64,000 nt of DNA from the human T2T-CHM13v2.0 reference genome, Homo sapiens, in NCBI RefSeq assembly GCF_009914755.1, contig NC_060929.1; one strand, given 5' to 3'. Every line of letters begins with the position of its first letter. Position 1 is the first letter of the stretch. Below, one piece after another: positions 15,318 through 37,290 of the stretch. A program made the translations under genes and the position numbers. Below the pieces are notes generated by a model that worked only from the letters and a program-made list of their open reading frames with translations, was not told the origin of the DNA and made no database searches.

Positions 15318-16659
15318 CAATATGTATACTTCTTTCAAGTGTTGACATATGAAAAGTATTAGTCTTTAGAGATTGTAAGAATTTTAACTGTTGGATTCTA
15401 CAAGGCACTAACATCATAAGTGCTCTAATAAATTTTTGTCAAAAGTCAATCATTAATATTCAAAAATGTAGATAAATAATACATGTCTAGCAATTTTCAA
15501 AGGCATGCTAATTCATCATGCTTTCTCTTTCAAATAGTTTTTTTAAGAGCCCTCTGCTTATTCCAGTCCCCCCCTTTAAAATCTTTTAAAATTATTAATA
15601 ACCTATTAACTTTGAGCACTTCATTAAAATCCAAAAAATTTGAGGGAGTACATGTCTTTGTCCTTTACCTTTAGAACCCTCAAACATAGCTTGGTATTGC
15701 TGTTTTTAAAATTTTCTGGAGCATTTAGGATTCACTTAGAAACAAGCCTTTAGGGAGAAAAATTTATCTAGCACCACTCACTCTATTTTTTTGCACTGAC
15801 TACTTCTATTTTTCCCCCTTTCATTTCCCTAGACTTTTCAATGCTTTTTTATAAAGGTGCTTGAGTTCTGTTTCTCAACAGCTCCCTCATTTATTGAATG
15901 ATTCACACAGTCACTGGAATATTATAGGCTCTTAATAAAATTTTTGAATGATTGAAAGAGAGAAAAGTATTTTACCTGTGATATATTGATATTTAAATAA
16001 ACTAGAACACTTAAAGGAAAACATTTTGCTGGAATCAAATACTCTTTGGTGTACAATGAATTATAATTTTGTTATTAATTGAATTGGTTACCATTGTTTG
16101 AACATGCAGTTATCATTCTGTTGTCGCTTTCCTTCAACATATTTTTACTTTTTCTCTTAATGCTTAAATTGAGCCTCCTTTCCTGTCCACTGGCTTAAGG
16201 AATACAGATGGCTTTTAATTTTATTACTTAAATTTCCTTCCATAGTTCCCTAAATGACTCACCCAACTGTTTTCATTTCTTGCAGTTTACTTTCTGATCC
16301 ATACATTAAAACAAATCTTAATTCTTAATGTTACTCAGTCTATCTTTATATTTTTATATCATTTTTACATACATTTGAATGAGCTATCCTATTAAAATTT
16401 TAATATTAACTTTGAAGGTCTTGTTTTGAGATTAGCAATGGTGTAGAGCGCTGTGTTGGTATCAAAAGTCTCTGATCAACCAACTCATTACCTGTAGGAT
16501 TTTGGATGAGTCACAAAGTTTCTTTTCTTCTACCCAAATGATAGCAGGTATTTGAATAGCTTGCAGTTATACTCAATATAAAGACATAAAAGTGAAATTG
16601 CTGTTATTTTTAGTATCACTAGTATTAAGAGCAAACATTCTTGATAATTGTGTAGAAGT

Positions 16660-17200
16660 ACAAAAGCGGCTACATTGAACACATATTTGCACTGTTTTAT
16701 TTCTGTACCAACAACCTTGCAATGGCTTCCTTTTGTTCTTAGAATAATAAAATCCAAGCGCCCATTATTTGGCCTTGGTTTACCTTTTCAGCCTTCCTTT
16801 CCACTTACTCTTGAGACATTAAGTTTTGTATTCACTGTACTTCATTCATTATCTATTAATAGCTATGCTTTGCTCTCTCAGGGCCTTCACACATTCTACA
16901 GTCTTAGCCTGGCACACTTCTCCTATTTCATGTTTCAGATTAAATGGTGCACCTTGGGGGAAACTTTCTTAATCACTCTCCATTAAGTTAGGTCCCCGTA
17001 TTGCATACTTTCAGTGCACTCAGTACCTTTTCTATGTAGCACTTTTCACACTGTTTAAACATCTGTTTAAAGACTGTACACCCACTAGATGGAAAATTGT
17101 TGTAAGATATACAGACATTGTCTTGTTACCACCACTTGCCTAACTTCTACAAACTCAACAATTATCTGTGGAAATAAACTAATACAGATGAAATGAATAA
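16660..17200. mobile_element. L2-like fragment
   Basis: CAACCTTGCAATGGCTTCC...CTCAGGGCCTTCACACA resembles decayed L2. Confidence 0.45.
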
Positions 17201-17713
17201 TTGTAAATTTGCTCTGAAATAAGAAGAGAAAGCACTTTAAGTGTTCCTTGAGCATGATAATCTGGAAGAAATTAGGTATTTGTAGTCCTCTGGATCCACC
17301 TCTGACATGATATATTTTCTTTTTTACCACCTTGCAGGAGGTGTCTTTTCCTTGTGTTTTTCTGGTATATGCAATTCGGGCTCATTTCACAAAGTTTAGG
17401 AAAAAAAGAAAAACATAAATAGGATAGTGAAGCATGCTATCATCTAGAGCAAAAATCTTTTGAAGTTTGTGTGTAATTATTACAAAAGGGGAGGGGTAAA
17501 CTAGTATGTGTACACTTCCGTTAAATCGTGTAAATGAGGACTCTACCAGGAAGAATCGCTGCTCGTAGATAAAAGTGCATTTTATTTCCCTAGATTGCAT
17601 TTATTTAATTCATATAACATGAGAAACTCCTCCAGTAGCGTCAACTAGGGTTGATAAGAATAATCGATAAAGCAAAATAAAAACACCTTCTCCAAGATTT
17701 TGTAACTGCAAGC

Positions 17714-17740
17714 GAACGCATGGTGGCGCTGTTGACTAAG
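17714..17740 (+). promoter_or_regulatory. PCDHB3 promoter CSE (CTCF site)
   Basis: GAACGCATGGTGGCGCTGTTGACTAAG; core 244 bp before the ATG. Confidence 0.85.
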
Positions 17741-17871
17741 AAGGCGAATTAAACCACAGGCATTGTGCATGCTCGGTGACGCACGGATCCAGTGTGGTAA
17801 ACCAGCGGTTGAGAGCCCAGGCAGATTTTTGAGCCAGCAAGTCTGAGCCTCTGGAAAGGCTTATTCACTAG

Positions 17872-20358
<2,487 letters not shown>

Positions 20359-21249
20359 GTGTTAATAAGGATCTACTGAGCCTCGTCTTAGTTAATCTGT
20401 GGAAAGTCCTTTTTTACTGCTTTGTCCATTGGAGAGGTCTTTTTTGGTCTGGTTCAAGGCAAGTAGCAAGAATAGAGCAAAATATCAAATCCAGGGATGG
20501 CTTAGGTTTCATTAACAGTACTGGAAAGTAGTTGTGTGGCTCTGAATGTTTTGTATTTCAATCGAGAATCCTTAGTCGATAGAACATTTTGTTTATATAT
20601 TGATTCTACTTTTTCTGTAGTTAATCCTTGCATATTCTCCTTTCATCCTGGCTTGCCAACGCAGTCTTAATTCCGCCTTTTTTTTTTCTAATGGGGAGCA
20701 AAAAGAAATTCACTGTCTTTTAATAGTGATTTCAAATAGCTTATTAAAATAACTCCATTCAAATTTTACATTATAAAGCAATGTAGAGAGAGTTCCAAAC
20801 CACCAATTTTATAATTTCCCTTGTTGAATATATTCATATAATGTGTTCTATAATATGCCCAAAGCAGCTTTGTCTATAGTTAACAAAGTTTTAAGGATAG
20901 ACAAGAATGTGTTTTCTTTAATAAATAGTAATATATCATCTTTTTAGGGATATAGTACTCAAATGAAAGTAATTTAGTTCATTTTCTGTGTTGACATTTG
21001 CAATTAATATTTCAATATTTTATGTGCTTATATTGGCCAAAATATGGACACAAATATAGACTAATATGGGTAATTACCCTTTGGTTTATCTAAAGTGTGT
21101 TCATGATGACTGAGGAAAAAAATTAAACCTATGCCATTTAAAAAACTGACTGTTCTTTTCCATTTGACACAAAAACGTTGTTTAGTAAGACATCTGGTGG
21201 AACAACTATTTGTTTCATAAATTCTGAGATGTAAGTGTTATGAATCTGA

Positions 21250-21640
<391 letters not shown>

Positions 21641-22229
21641 CAGTCCTATTTTATTATTAATACCTACTTGCCACTTGTATGATGATATAGGAGAAAGATA
21701 TTTTCTTTTTTTCCTGTCTTGGTTCCCTCCTTCAGATTTTAACCTGACATGATTTAGGATTATATATGGTCTTTCTGGGATAGAAACTGTCCATCCTTAT
21801 CAGCATCCTACCTCCTGCAATGTAATTAAAAGAAGATGTACAAGAATAGAAAGTTCTAAAAAGGAGAGGGCAATATCGTTGTGAAACTCTAAATTAGCTA
21901 CAACTAAGAATAAAATCTGGAAGCAACCAAAACATGGAATCTTATGGTTATCTTGAGTAAAATAAAAAAACTTATTTTAAGCGACAAAATATTTAGCTCC
22001 TAATTAGGGAAGTGTATTAGGAAAAAATTAATTTTCTTCTTACAAGCATTTCTTCACCCACAGAACATCCATATAACTTTCTAGCAATTAAATACTCATG
22101 ACTAGAGAAAAGAGAATTTCTCAAAGATTTTAAAAATTCCCCAAAAAGCAAGAGTTTAAGATTGACATGCTTTCAAACATATGTTAAAGTGTAGTTATTA
22201 TCACATTTAAATGGTGTAATTTTATGTAA

Positions 22230-22560
<331 letters not shown>

Positions 22561-23179
22561 AAATATGTGAATCTTTAATAGTCAGAGGAAAATTAATATA
22601 ATATTTCCTTTCACTTTAAGTACTTTATAGAGATGTTTGAATCTGGCTGTTTTGGTCAGATATTTTTCTTCTTTGCATACGTAGCTGATTTTCCATGAAT
22701 ATCAGGAAAAGGCATAGAATTCTGATCAAGATTTCTCTCTCTTTGATTACCTTAGTCCCAGGTGGTATCAGAGCCAGGGAAGTACTCAACTGTGGAAAAT
22801 ATAGAGGGCAGTTCTTTTGGGGACTAATATGGTATATGATCGGAGACTAAAGTTCAAAAGGCAATATGCTGAGTCATTTAGACACTGAAGATAGAAGAAC
22901 AGATACCATTTGTAATTTAGTTTTTAGATGTACTGGACTTATACATTGTTGAGAAAATGAATAGAATTTAGCAAAGCCAGAAAAGATAATCTATACTAAA
23001 TTTGAAGGTGGGAAACAATCACATCTTACTCTTGGTTCAAAGCTGCTTCTCTTTCAGGGCAGTTAGAAACCTTTTACCCTTTTATTTGAAGACAACTTCC
23101 AAAAACATATTCATCTGGATATTTCATTAAATACAGAACAGAGAGAGTACCACATGTACAGTACTAACTAGTGTTGCCA

Positions 23180-23510
23180 CGTTTTGGAATTCCACGAACT
23201 AAATGCCTGGCACAAGGTAAAAGGGTTATTAATAATTTTCTAGTAATTTTTCTTCTAGGCAGGCTAATTCATTATTGTAAAATATTTACAAATCGATCTC
23301 ACCAGTATTCCAATTATCAAAAAGTAAGAGAAGGAAAAATTTTACTCCCTTCCCTCATTCTAGAATATATAAAATGACCTTACTAGACTCTAAACAACTT
23401 GAAGGTAGAGTCTGTTTCTGGTTTATTCACAGTGGTATTTCCAGCAAATAGCACAATGCCTCATTCATAGTAGACACTCAGTTTATATTTGTTAAATAAA
23501 TAAATTTTAA
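23180..23510. mobile_element. L2-like 3' end fragments inside relic 3
   Basis: ATGCCTGGCACAAGGTA and AGCACAATGCCT..ATAGTAGACACTCAGTTTATATTTGTTAAATAAAT resemble L2 tails. Confidence 0.5.
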
Positions 23511-24987
23511 ATTATTTGGGAAATAAAATAATGCTGTAAGGACTTACAAACTTGTTTATTTGGACCTGATCTACACATTGAATTTTAAAAGAACTATCTG
23601 TATTCAGAAAGGGGTGGAGTATGAAGAATAATTCCCTATAGAGGCAATTTTTTATTTAATGTCTCCCTTTGCATCTTGAGACTTGTGGAAACTTGGAGAA
23701 CTGTAAAATTATGTATTAATCTCCAAGTTGGTTCCAAATTGAGCTTATTTATATCTTTGATTTCAGGGACAAAGAAGAAATTAAATATAAGACTTTTTTG
23801 TACATCAAATTAACTTTCTGAAATTGGTATTTAAATTCTCTGGCCTCTAATTGGTACTTCTGTTGAACTTGGGTTAGTCTTAATGATATCAAGATTAAAT
23901 AAAATTTGCAAGATCCCAAAGGCTTAAAAATTTTTTTAATAGCCAATCATTCATTTATTTTCAAAACATAATTCTCGATCACGTGCACACTCCTTTCTTC
24001 TCTCTACAAATACATTAGTTCAGAAATAACTTAAATATTTCCTTGACATTCACAATCTAGTTTTTAGCACTGAAAATCAAAGGGATACAAATGAATTTTA
24101 AATTTTTATTTGGGGAGTTGTTATAAGACTAAGCTATATTCAAATATCAATCATTAAAACTAGTGAGGCCACTCACTATACCACCATACTTTTCATAAAT
24201 CTCCTTTGATGAATAAATTCTACTTCCTTACAAAAGAAGACTCTGTTTAAAAAAGGTACCAACTTTTCTATATATCCCCCTACTTTATTCTGGAAATGTC
24301 TTTTGCTTCTTAAAGTAATTGTTAGATTTTTTAAGCCAGAAATCTGTTAGTCCTAATTATGAATTATTTTAATGTCAAATATGCATATGGTTAATCAATA
24401 GTTTTCTTTATCATAGATTCAAAATTTTAAGCTTATTTTCCTTCCATTCTTTAGGCATTCAACACGTTGATGAAAAGTACAATGTCAGTCTACTTCTCAT
24501 TCTTTTATCCGTAAACTTCTTTACTCTCTTTTAGATTCTTAAATTTATTCTTGCTGTTCTGATATATATGGTAGGCCCCAACCTGAGATTCACATAACGT
24601 ACTGCATTTTTTTCTTTGAGAAATTACAATTTTCTTTTGAAAACTTTCATTTGGCAAGTTTTCACAACTATTTGTTCTTGTTTCAAAATTGCTATTTCCT
24701 TCTTTGTTGTTTGAGTCTTTTACGTTTAAGTTCTTGCCATATTGTTTCGAATTTCAATTTCTTATAGTAGATAAAACAATTCTTTTATTTGTTGAGTCTC
24801 TTTTTCATGGTGTCAATCTTCATTTGCTTGGTGATATTTTACTGAGAACTTATCTCTTATTGGAAGCTTCTTTCACAGTAGTACTTGTTTTGACAATCCT
24901 GGGGAAGGGAAGAAGGAGAAGAGGGGTCTCAAGGTGGTTTCAGCCCTGGCCTCTGCAAACCCAAGCCTTAATTTAAAAGCTTAGCTC

Positions 24988-25441
<454 letters not shown>

Positions 25442-25805
25442 TCAGGGAATGTCACTGCTTCTTGGTTGTCACGGTTTCTGCTAAGGCTATAGACATGGAA
25501 GCTAATGGAGAAATTTAAAATGTTTCAATCTTCAGAGTAAATAAGTTGATTTTTAGGAAAAGTGAACTGTAACTGAAGCAATTGACACATGGGGACTATG
25601 TGGAAAACATCATGGTCTGGATTCAAGTTACAGCATTCATGGTAATGCTCAGAAAGATAATAACATACTCCAAGATTCCACTGAAATAGTGGTTGCTATT
25701 TTTTTTTTTAGAAAATAGCTTGGGACTCTGGTGATAATGCAAAATGGGCTTGCTCCTTCCAAGACAATCTCCTCATGAAACCATTTGTCAAAAATTAGTG
25801 TTCTG

Positions 25806-26090
25806 GGACTGGGCACAGTGGCTCATGCCTTTAATCCCAGCACTTAGGGAGGCCGAGACAGGAGGATTGCTTGAGCCCAGGAGTTCAACAACAGCCTGGG
25901 AAACATAGTGAGACTCTGTCTCTACAAAAAATTTTAAAAATTGACTGGGTGTGGTGGCATGCACCTGAGGTCCTAGCTACTGAAAAGGGTGAGGTGGGAG
26001 GATCCTCGAGCCCAGGAAGTTGAGGCTGCAGCAAGCCATGATCATGCTGTAGCCTGGGTAATACAGCCAGACTCTATCTCAAAAAATAAA
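25806..26090 (+). mobile_element. AluJ inserted in relic 3 (EC4)
   Basis: Diverged Alu interrupting KPFVKN..|..ILVTEK. Confidence 0.9.
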
Positions 26091-27806
26091 ATTATTTTGG
26101 TAACAGAGAAGTCAGGGCTCTGCACCATCTCTTACTAGGGTGGAATCTAACATGCAGAAATATAGCACAACATAATCACACTGTTCTTCAACACTGTCAA
26201 CAATTCCCTGACCCAAACCTCATGTACCTTATTAATTCACAATAAAAAGAAAGTCCTACTCAGAATGATGATAGTATCACTGCCAAAAACAGAGACTATC
26301 TAGGGACTAATACCTAAGTCACTTTCCCACAGCTGCCCAAAGACGTATTCCTCAGCCCTCTCTTGGTATCCATCTGCATGGACAATGGAACCTGTGTGCT
26401 TTGATGTCCCTGGTTTTTGAGATTCTTGAAGAGTTTGAGTTCTAAATGTGTCTGGAGCTTTCTGGAGTTGAGCATCAAGATGTGCAGATCCTGGATGACA
26501 CACAGCTATAATAGCTAGATAACAAAGAAAATTTATTATAAAGCAATTCTATATTGTGTACTGAGCTGTCCAGGTAGAAAAAAAGTGGTAACCCAGTGAT
26601 GACTTGGGCTAGAACTCATGACTATTTTATTGGTGATTCGAGGCCTCAGAGCCCTGGATGTTAGCATGTGGGCCCACAGCCTGGAAGTACAGAGTATGTG
26701 AAGCACATCTAGGCTTCTAAAAGACAACCACAACCAGGCATAAGCTGGTGCTGTTATTAAGGACAAGTGGAAGCCACCTTTATTTGCCATGATCATCCTA
26801 CACCTGGTCTAGGACTTACCCCAGTCTTCTCTTCCATTCCTTTAACCACCCATAAAAGGATTTCCATTTTCTTGATCACTGATTTGACTCAGTCTTCTTT
26901 CTCTTTCAATTCTCTCTGTTCCTGTGCTACTCAGATGTGGAGGGTCAACTGGGAAACTTCAGTGCATTGCTGCTCAAAAGAAAGACTCTTCCTGAGCATT
27001 TTGGGAGTATCAACACCACTGGGATTTAGTTCTAGAGCTTTCAGTGTGAGAAGTTTCTGGAATATCAGAAACAAATATCAAATTTCTGAAGCCAATTGTC
27101 TCTAATTAATGTGAGCTATCTATGAGGAAAGACTTTTAAAAGAAATTTAATTTCTAGAACAATGTGAGATTTATTTTTTAAAAATTGTATTCTCTAAATT
27201 GTATCTTTCTGAGGTTTTTTGTTTAAATTTATCTCTGAGGAAATGAATTTCTTCATCCCAAATGTTTCAATTCTATTTAATTTAAAGTAGGTAACTGGCA
27301 GTGTTGAAGTTTCATTGTCTATGTTTGTTATTACAAAAAAGGGTATTGTATATTTTACTGCAATTTTAAAAAAGAATATATTCTGAGCATCAGTGAAAAT
27401 GGTAGAGAATGGACCTCTGAAAAATCTCTTCTCCAGGAAAGCACTGAGGAAAATGAGAAAAATTTTCAAAATCTACTGCTTCAGAACTCTGAAATTTAAA
27501 CAAAGATGTACAGCAACTTAGGGAAAATTTATTGAGGGAAAAAGGTCTGACTCTTGGTTAAAAATAGTGGTTTTTGTGGCATTTTAACTGGCCTATTTCC
27601 ATCTCCATCTCTCTAGCTTCTTAGTAGCCTTTAAAGTTAACAATTTACAATCACAATGAAAATTAGCAGCTTGGCAGCCACCAGAGGAAACAGAACAGCA
27701 CCACAAAGAATTGTCATTATTTGATCTGTTTGGTGGTTCCCTGGAGGACTCCACTTGCAAGGCTGTCTTTAATTGCCTGAATTAGAGCTTGTCTAGTACA
27801 AAAAGT

Positions 27807-28264
<458 letters not shown>

Positions 28265-28689
28265 TTAGCAACAAAAAGATTTTCAAAAATGAAAATGAAC
28301 AGAGACCTGTGGGACACCATGAAGCCTACTAACTACACATACTTGAAGTCCCAGAAGGAGAAGAAGGAGACAGAATAACAGAAAGAATAGCTGAAATAAT
28401 GGCTGAAAATTTCTCAAATTTGATGAGAAACATTAACCTTCACATTCAAGGAGCCCAGCAAACTCCAACCAGGATAAAGTCAAAGAGATTCATGCCTTGA
28501 CATCATGATCAAACTGTCAAAAGCTAAAGACAAGAAGAGAACCTCAAAAACAGCAAGAGAGAAGCAACTCATCACATACCTTATCCTCAAAAATCTTATC
28601 CTCAGTATGACTGACACTGATTTCTTACAGACATAATGGAGGCCAAAGGGGAGTGGGATGACACATTCAAAGTGCTAAAAGGGACTATC

Positions 28690-31839
<3,150 letters not shown>

Positions 31840-33804
31840 AAAGGGACTATCAACCAATAATTCTATATCCACCAAAAGTATCTTTCAAAAATGAAAGAGA
31901 AATTAAGATATTACCAAAAAATAATAAGTGACTGATTACATTGGTAGCAAACCTACTCTACAAAGAAATATTAAAGGTAGTCATTTGGGCTAAAATAAAA
32001 GGACACCAATAAGTAACTTTAATCCACATCAAAAAATAAAAGCCTCATAAAGGGAAAGTAACTTATAGGCATATATATATATCTAGGGAACTATAAATGT
32101 GTTTTTATTTGTAAATTTTTTATTGAAAAGAACACTGCATAAAGCAATAATAATCAATCTATGTTCATAGGTATATAATTTGTAAAGATGTAATTTGTAT
32201 GACAATGTAACACAAAGGAGGGGAGAGATAACATAGCTATATAGAAACAAAATTCTATATACTATTGAAATTTAATTGATATTAATCTGAACTAGATTGG
32301 TAAAAGATGTTCACTTTAATAATCAGAGAAACCACCAAGAAAATAACTAAAAAAGGTAAAAAAAATTGAGAAGTCAATTAAAATGGTACCCAAGAAAATA
32401 TGTGTTTAACACAAAAGAGAACAATGAGGAAATAAAATAATAAGACATAGAAAACAAAGCAAATTGTCAATATAAATCTACCTTATCAGCAACTATGTTA
32501 AATATGAATGAATTACACACTCCAATTAAAAAGCAGAAGTTGGCAGAATGGATTTTTAGAAATGATCCAACTCTAGGCTGTCTACCAAGGGAAACTTTAG
32601 ATTCAAAGACACACATAAGTTGAAAGTAAAAAGATGGAAAAAGATATACTATGTAGATAGTAACCAAAAGAGCTAGAATGCCTACATTAATATCAAGCAA
32701 AATATACTATAAAACAAGCACAAAAGTTACTAAAAATGAAAAGTTAAGGAGGGGAATTTTATAATAGTAAAAGGGTCAATCCATTAGGAAAACATAATAA
32801 TCATAAACATATATGCACCTAATAATAGAAACCCAAAATAAATGGAGCAAAAAGAGACACAAATGAAAAGTTAGACAATTTGACAATAATAGCTGAAGAC
32901 TTTAATACCACAATTTTCAATAAATGATAAAACAATGAAATAGTATCAACATGAGAAAAGAAGACTTGAATAATGTTATAAACCAACAGTACTTAACAGA
33001 ACACTCCATCTAACAACAGCAGAATACACATTATTTTCAAGTGCATATGAAACATTCTCCAGGATAGACTATATTTTAGGCCATAAAACAAGTCTTAATG
33101 AATTTGAAAGAGTTAAAATCATATAAAGTATGTTTTCCAGCTACAATGAAATGAAATTAGAAAGCAGTGGCAGAAGAAAATTTGGGAAATTCACAAATAT
33201 GTGGAAATTAAACATTTAAAAAAACAATGAATCAAAGAAGAAATCACAAAGGACATTAAAAAATACTCTGAAATGAATAAAAATGAAAATGCAACATACC
33301 AAAACTTATGGGATACAATAAAAGTTGTGCTTAGAGGGAAAATAATAGCTGAAATACTTATATATTTTAAGAAGATCTCAAATCAGTAACCCAGACTTCC
33401 ACCTTAAGAAGCTAGAAAAAGGAGAGCATACTAAAACCAATACAAGCTGAAGAAAGGAAATTATTAGAGTGGAAATAAATAGAATAGAAAAACAATGGAG
33501 AAAATAAACTAAAAGTTGGTGCTTTGAAAAGATCAATAAAATTGGCAAAGCTTTAGCTAGGCTGATGATGAAAAAAGAGGACTCAAATTACTAAAATTAA
33601 AAAAAAGGAGGAAAAAGTATGACCTATTTCACAGGTCTTAAGGGAATACTATAAACAATTTTAAGCCAACAAATTAGAAAACCTAGATGAAATGGAAAAA
33701 AAAAACCCTAGATTAAATGGAAAACACAAACTACCAAAATTGACTAAGGAGAAATAGAAAATGTGAATAGACCTGTAATTGCCAAAACTGACTAAGGAGA
33801 AATA

Positions 33805-33883
33805 CTAGGTTGGTGCAAGAGTAGTTGTGGTTTTGCCATCACTTTCAATGGCAAAAAACACAATTACTTTTACACCAACCTAA
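33805..33883. mobile_element. MADE1 (Hsmar1-derived MITE)
   Basis: CTAGGTTGGTGCAAGAGTAGTTGTGGTTTTGCCAT...ATGGCAAAAAACACAATTACTTTTACACCAACCTAA; about 80-bp palindrome inserted after TA. Confidence 0.93.
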
Positions 33884-34284
33884 CAAAAAACCTGAATAGA
33901 CCTGTAATAAGAGATCGAACCAGTAATCAAAAACTTTCCACAAAGAAAAGCCCAGAACCAGATGGCTTCACTGGTCAATTCTACCAAATGTTTAAAGAAG
34001 AATTAACACCAGTACTTAATATACTCATTCAAAAAATAGAGGAGCAGGGACCACTTTTCAACTCTATTCTATAGAGGCCAGTATTAACATGATGACAAAA
34101 CCAGACAGTGATAACACAAGGGAAAAATACATACCAATTTCTCTTATGGATATAGATGCAAACATTCTCAACAAAATTTTAGCAAACTGACTCTAGTATC
34201 ACATAAAAATGATTACATACCATGGCCAAGTAGGATTTATCTCAGGAATGCAAGGTTGGTTCAGCATGTTAAAATCAAACAATG

Positions 34285-34570
34285 AGCCAGTTGCAGTTGT
34301 TCATATCTGTAATCCCAGCATTTTGGAAGGCCAAGGTGGAAGGAATGCTTGAGGCCAGGAGTTCAAGACCAGGATGATCAACATAACAAGACCCCATCTC
34401 TACAAATTTTTTTTAATTAGCTGAATATGGTGGCTTGCACCTGTAATCCCAGCTACTCAGGAGGCCAAGGCATGAAGATTGCTTGAGCCCAGGAGCTCGA
34501 GGCTGCAGTGAGCTATGATGGTGTCACTGCACTCCAGGGGCCTGTGTGACCTTGTCTCAAGAAAAAAAGA
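34285..34570 (+). mobile_element. Alu (AluJ-like)
   Basis: Diverged dimer. Confidence 0.88.
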
Positions 34571-34587
34571 TTTAAAAAGGGATTTGA

Positions 34588-34947
<360 letters not shown>

Positions 34948-35529
34948 CTATTTTAAAAATGAAAGAGTATTTTTAAAACTTCACCATGACTTGAGGATGG
35001 TTTTGTTCTTACTTTGAAAGGGGAGAATAGAGGAAAATTAAACATTAATTTTTGAGAGAAAGAGATAAATTTGACTATTATTTCTTTAAATCATATTTCC
35101 AATAGCACTATTTCAAAATGTTAAGCTCTCAATAATAAATGGTTACTATCAATGGTTTGTGGAATTTATTAGAAATTCTTATAAAAGGAATGATCTCCTG
35201 GAATGTTCTATTAAATGGGTACAATAGATACATCAGCTGACCATTTGAATGAAATAGCTGTAAAGCAAACAATAGTGCTCAGTGGTGAAAGCAAAGTAAA
35301 TTTTACATTAGCTAACTTTCCAAACTTAAACCTATAAGATATTTTTAAAGTCACACTCACTGAAATGTACATGTAGGAAGGGGATACTTGAATAATTAGA
35401 GTTTGACTTGAGAAATTTGTGATGGAATCTAAGATAATTTCTAATAATTTTTTCTAGAATAAAAATAGCATTTATAAGTTTAATATATCAAAATACTCAA
35501 ATATGTGATATATAACTTAGAATATATCT

Positions 35530-36297
<768 letters not shown>

Positions 36298-37039
36298 TCA
36301 AATTTCTTTAAAATGATTTTTATCTTTCTTCAACGATAAGGTTCTTGCCTATATTTTACCAGAGAGCAACTAGTTTCCTGCGTATCCCTCTATTTTATCT
36401 TTCTTTGTATATTTAAAATGAAAAAAATTAAATATCATGCTTCAGATCTGGCAACCAATTATGTAAATAGTCATATGAATCCTTCAGAATGGATAACACA
36501 GCTTTTCTGACTGGTGTGAAATAGTTTTCAGGTGCTCATTCTTTACTTCATTAGCTTATCTTATATCATTAGCTTATCCTCCATTCAGGTATAACAGATC
36601 TTTTTTTTCTGATAAATATGGCAGTTTAGGGAAATAAACTATGGCATAATATGCTAGGCCATTCTTCTAGGCCACGCTTCTTGATTGTAACCTTAAACCC
36701 TTTATCAGAACCTAAACAACTTTTCAAAAGATCTATACATATTTTTATCCAATGTTTAAGGCTATGAGTAATTCATTATGTCACTCTTCATTTTTTTCAC
36801 CTGATAATGATCTCGACAAAAATGTTGAGTATTAGTTTTCCTTCCAATGTGTAAGTTGTATAAACATCTCTCTTTACTGGTAACTAACTATCTCTAAAGG
36901 GAGACAAGTAATTTTTAAGTTTCTAATAATAATTGAAAATTTGAATATAAATATATTTCACCTATGATAACCATGTACCCAAGGCAAGGCTGAAGTTGGG
37001 ATCTAAATTATCTGAAAAGTTGTTCACCTCTCCAGCTCT

Positions 37040-37290
37040 GCTTAGGTATAGAAAAGAATGGTTTCTGGAGTCACATAGTAACAGTTTAAATCCTGGCTCT
37101 GCCGTTTCACATGCTGTATGACTTTGGACAGATTATTTAAACTCTGTGTGCCACAATTCTTCGTCTTTAAAATGTGGCTAATAAGACTGCCCACCTCATA
37201 GGGTTGTTGGGGTGATAAAATGAGTCAACATACGCAAAATGCTTAGAAAAATATCTGGTGTATAGTGGATATATATGTTAATGTTATTGA
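37040..37290. mobile_element. MIR
   Basis: TTTAAATCCTGGCTCTGCC..GCTGTATGACTTTGGACAG..CCTCATAGGGTTGTTG. Confidence 0.75.

Noticed and set aside
22800-22815. CTCF-like TAGAGGGCAG
   Set aside because: It lacks the 5' part of the motif and is explained as codons (IEGS) of relic 3 EC1.
26663-26677. SMWAH shared by relic 3 and PCDHB5 as evidence of kinship
   Set aside because: GGCGTG to AGCATG is two CpG transitions and can arise convergently; the 5' part of the relic looks more like PCDHB4.
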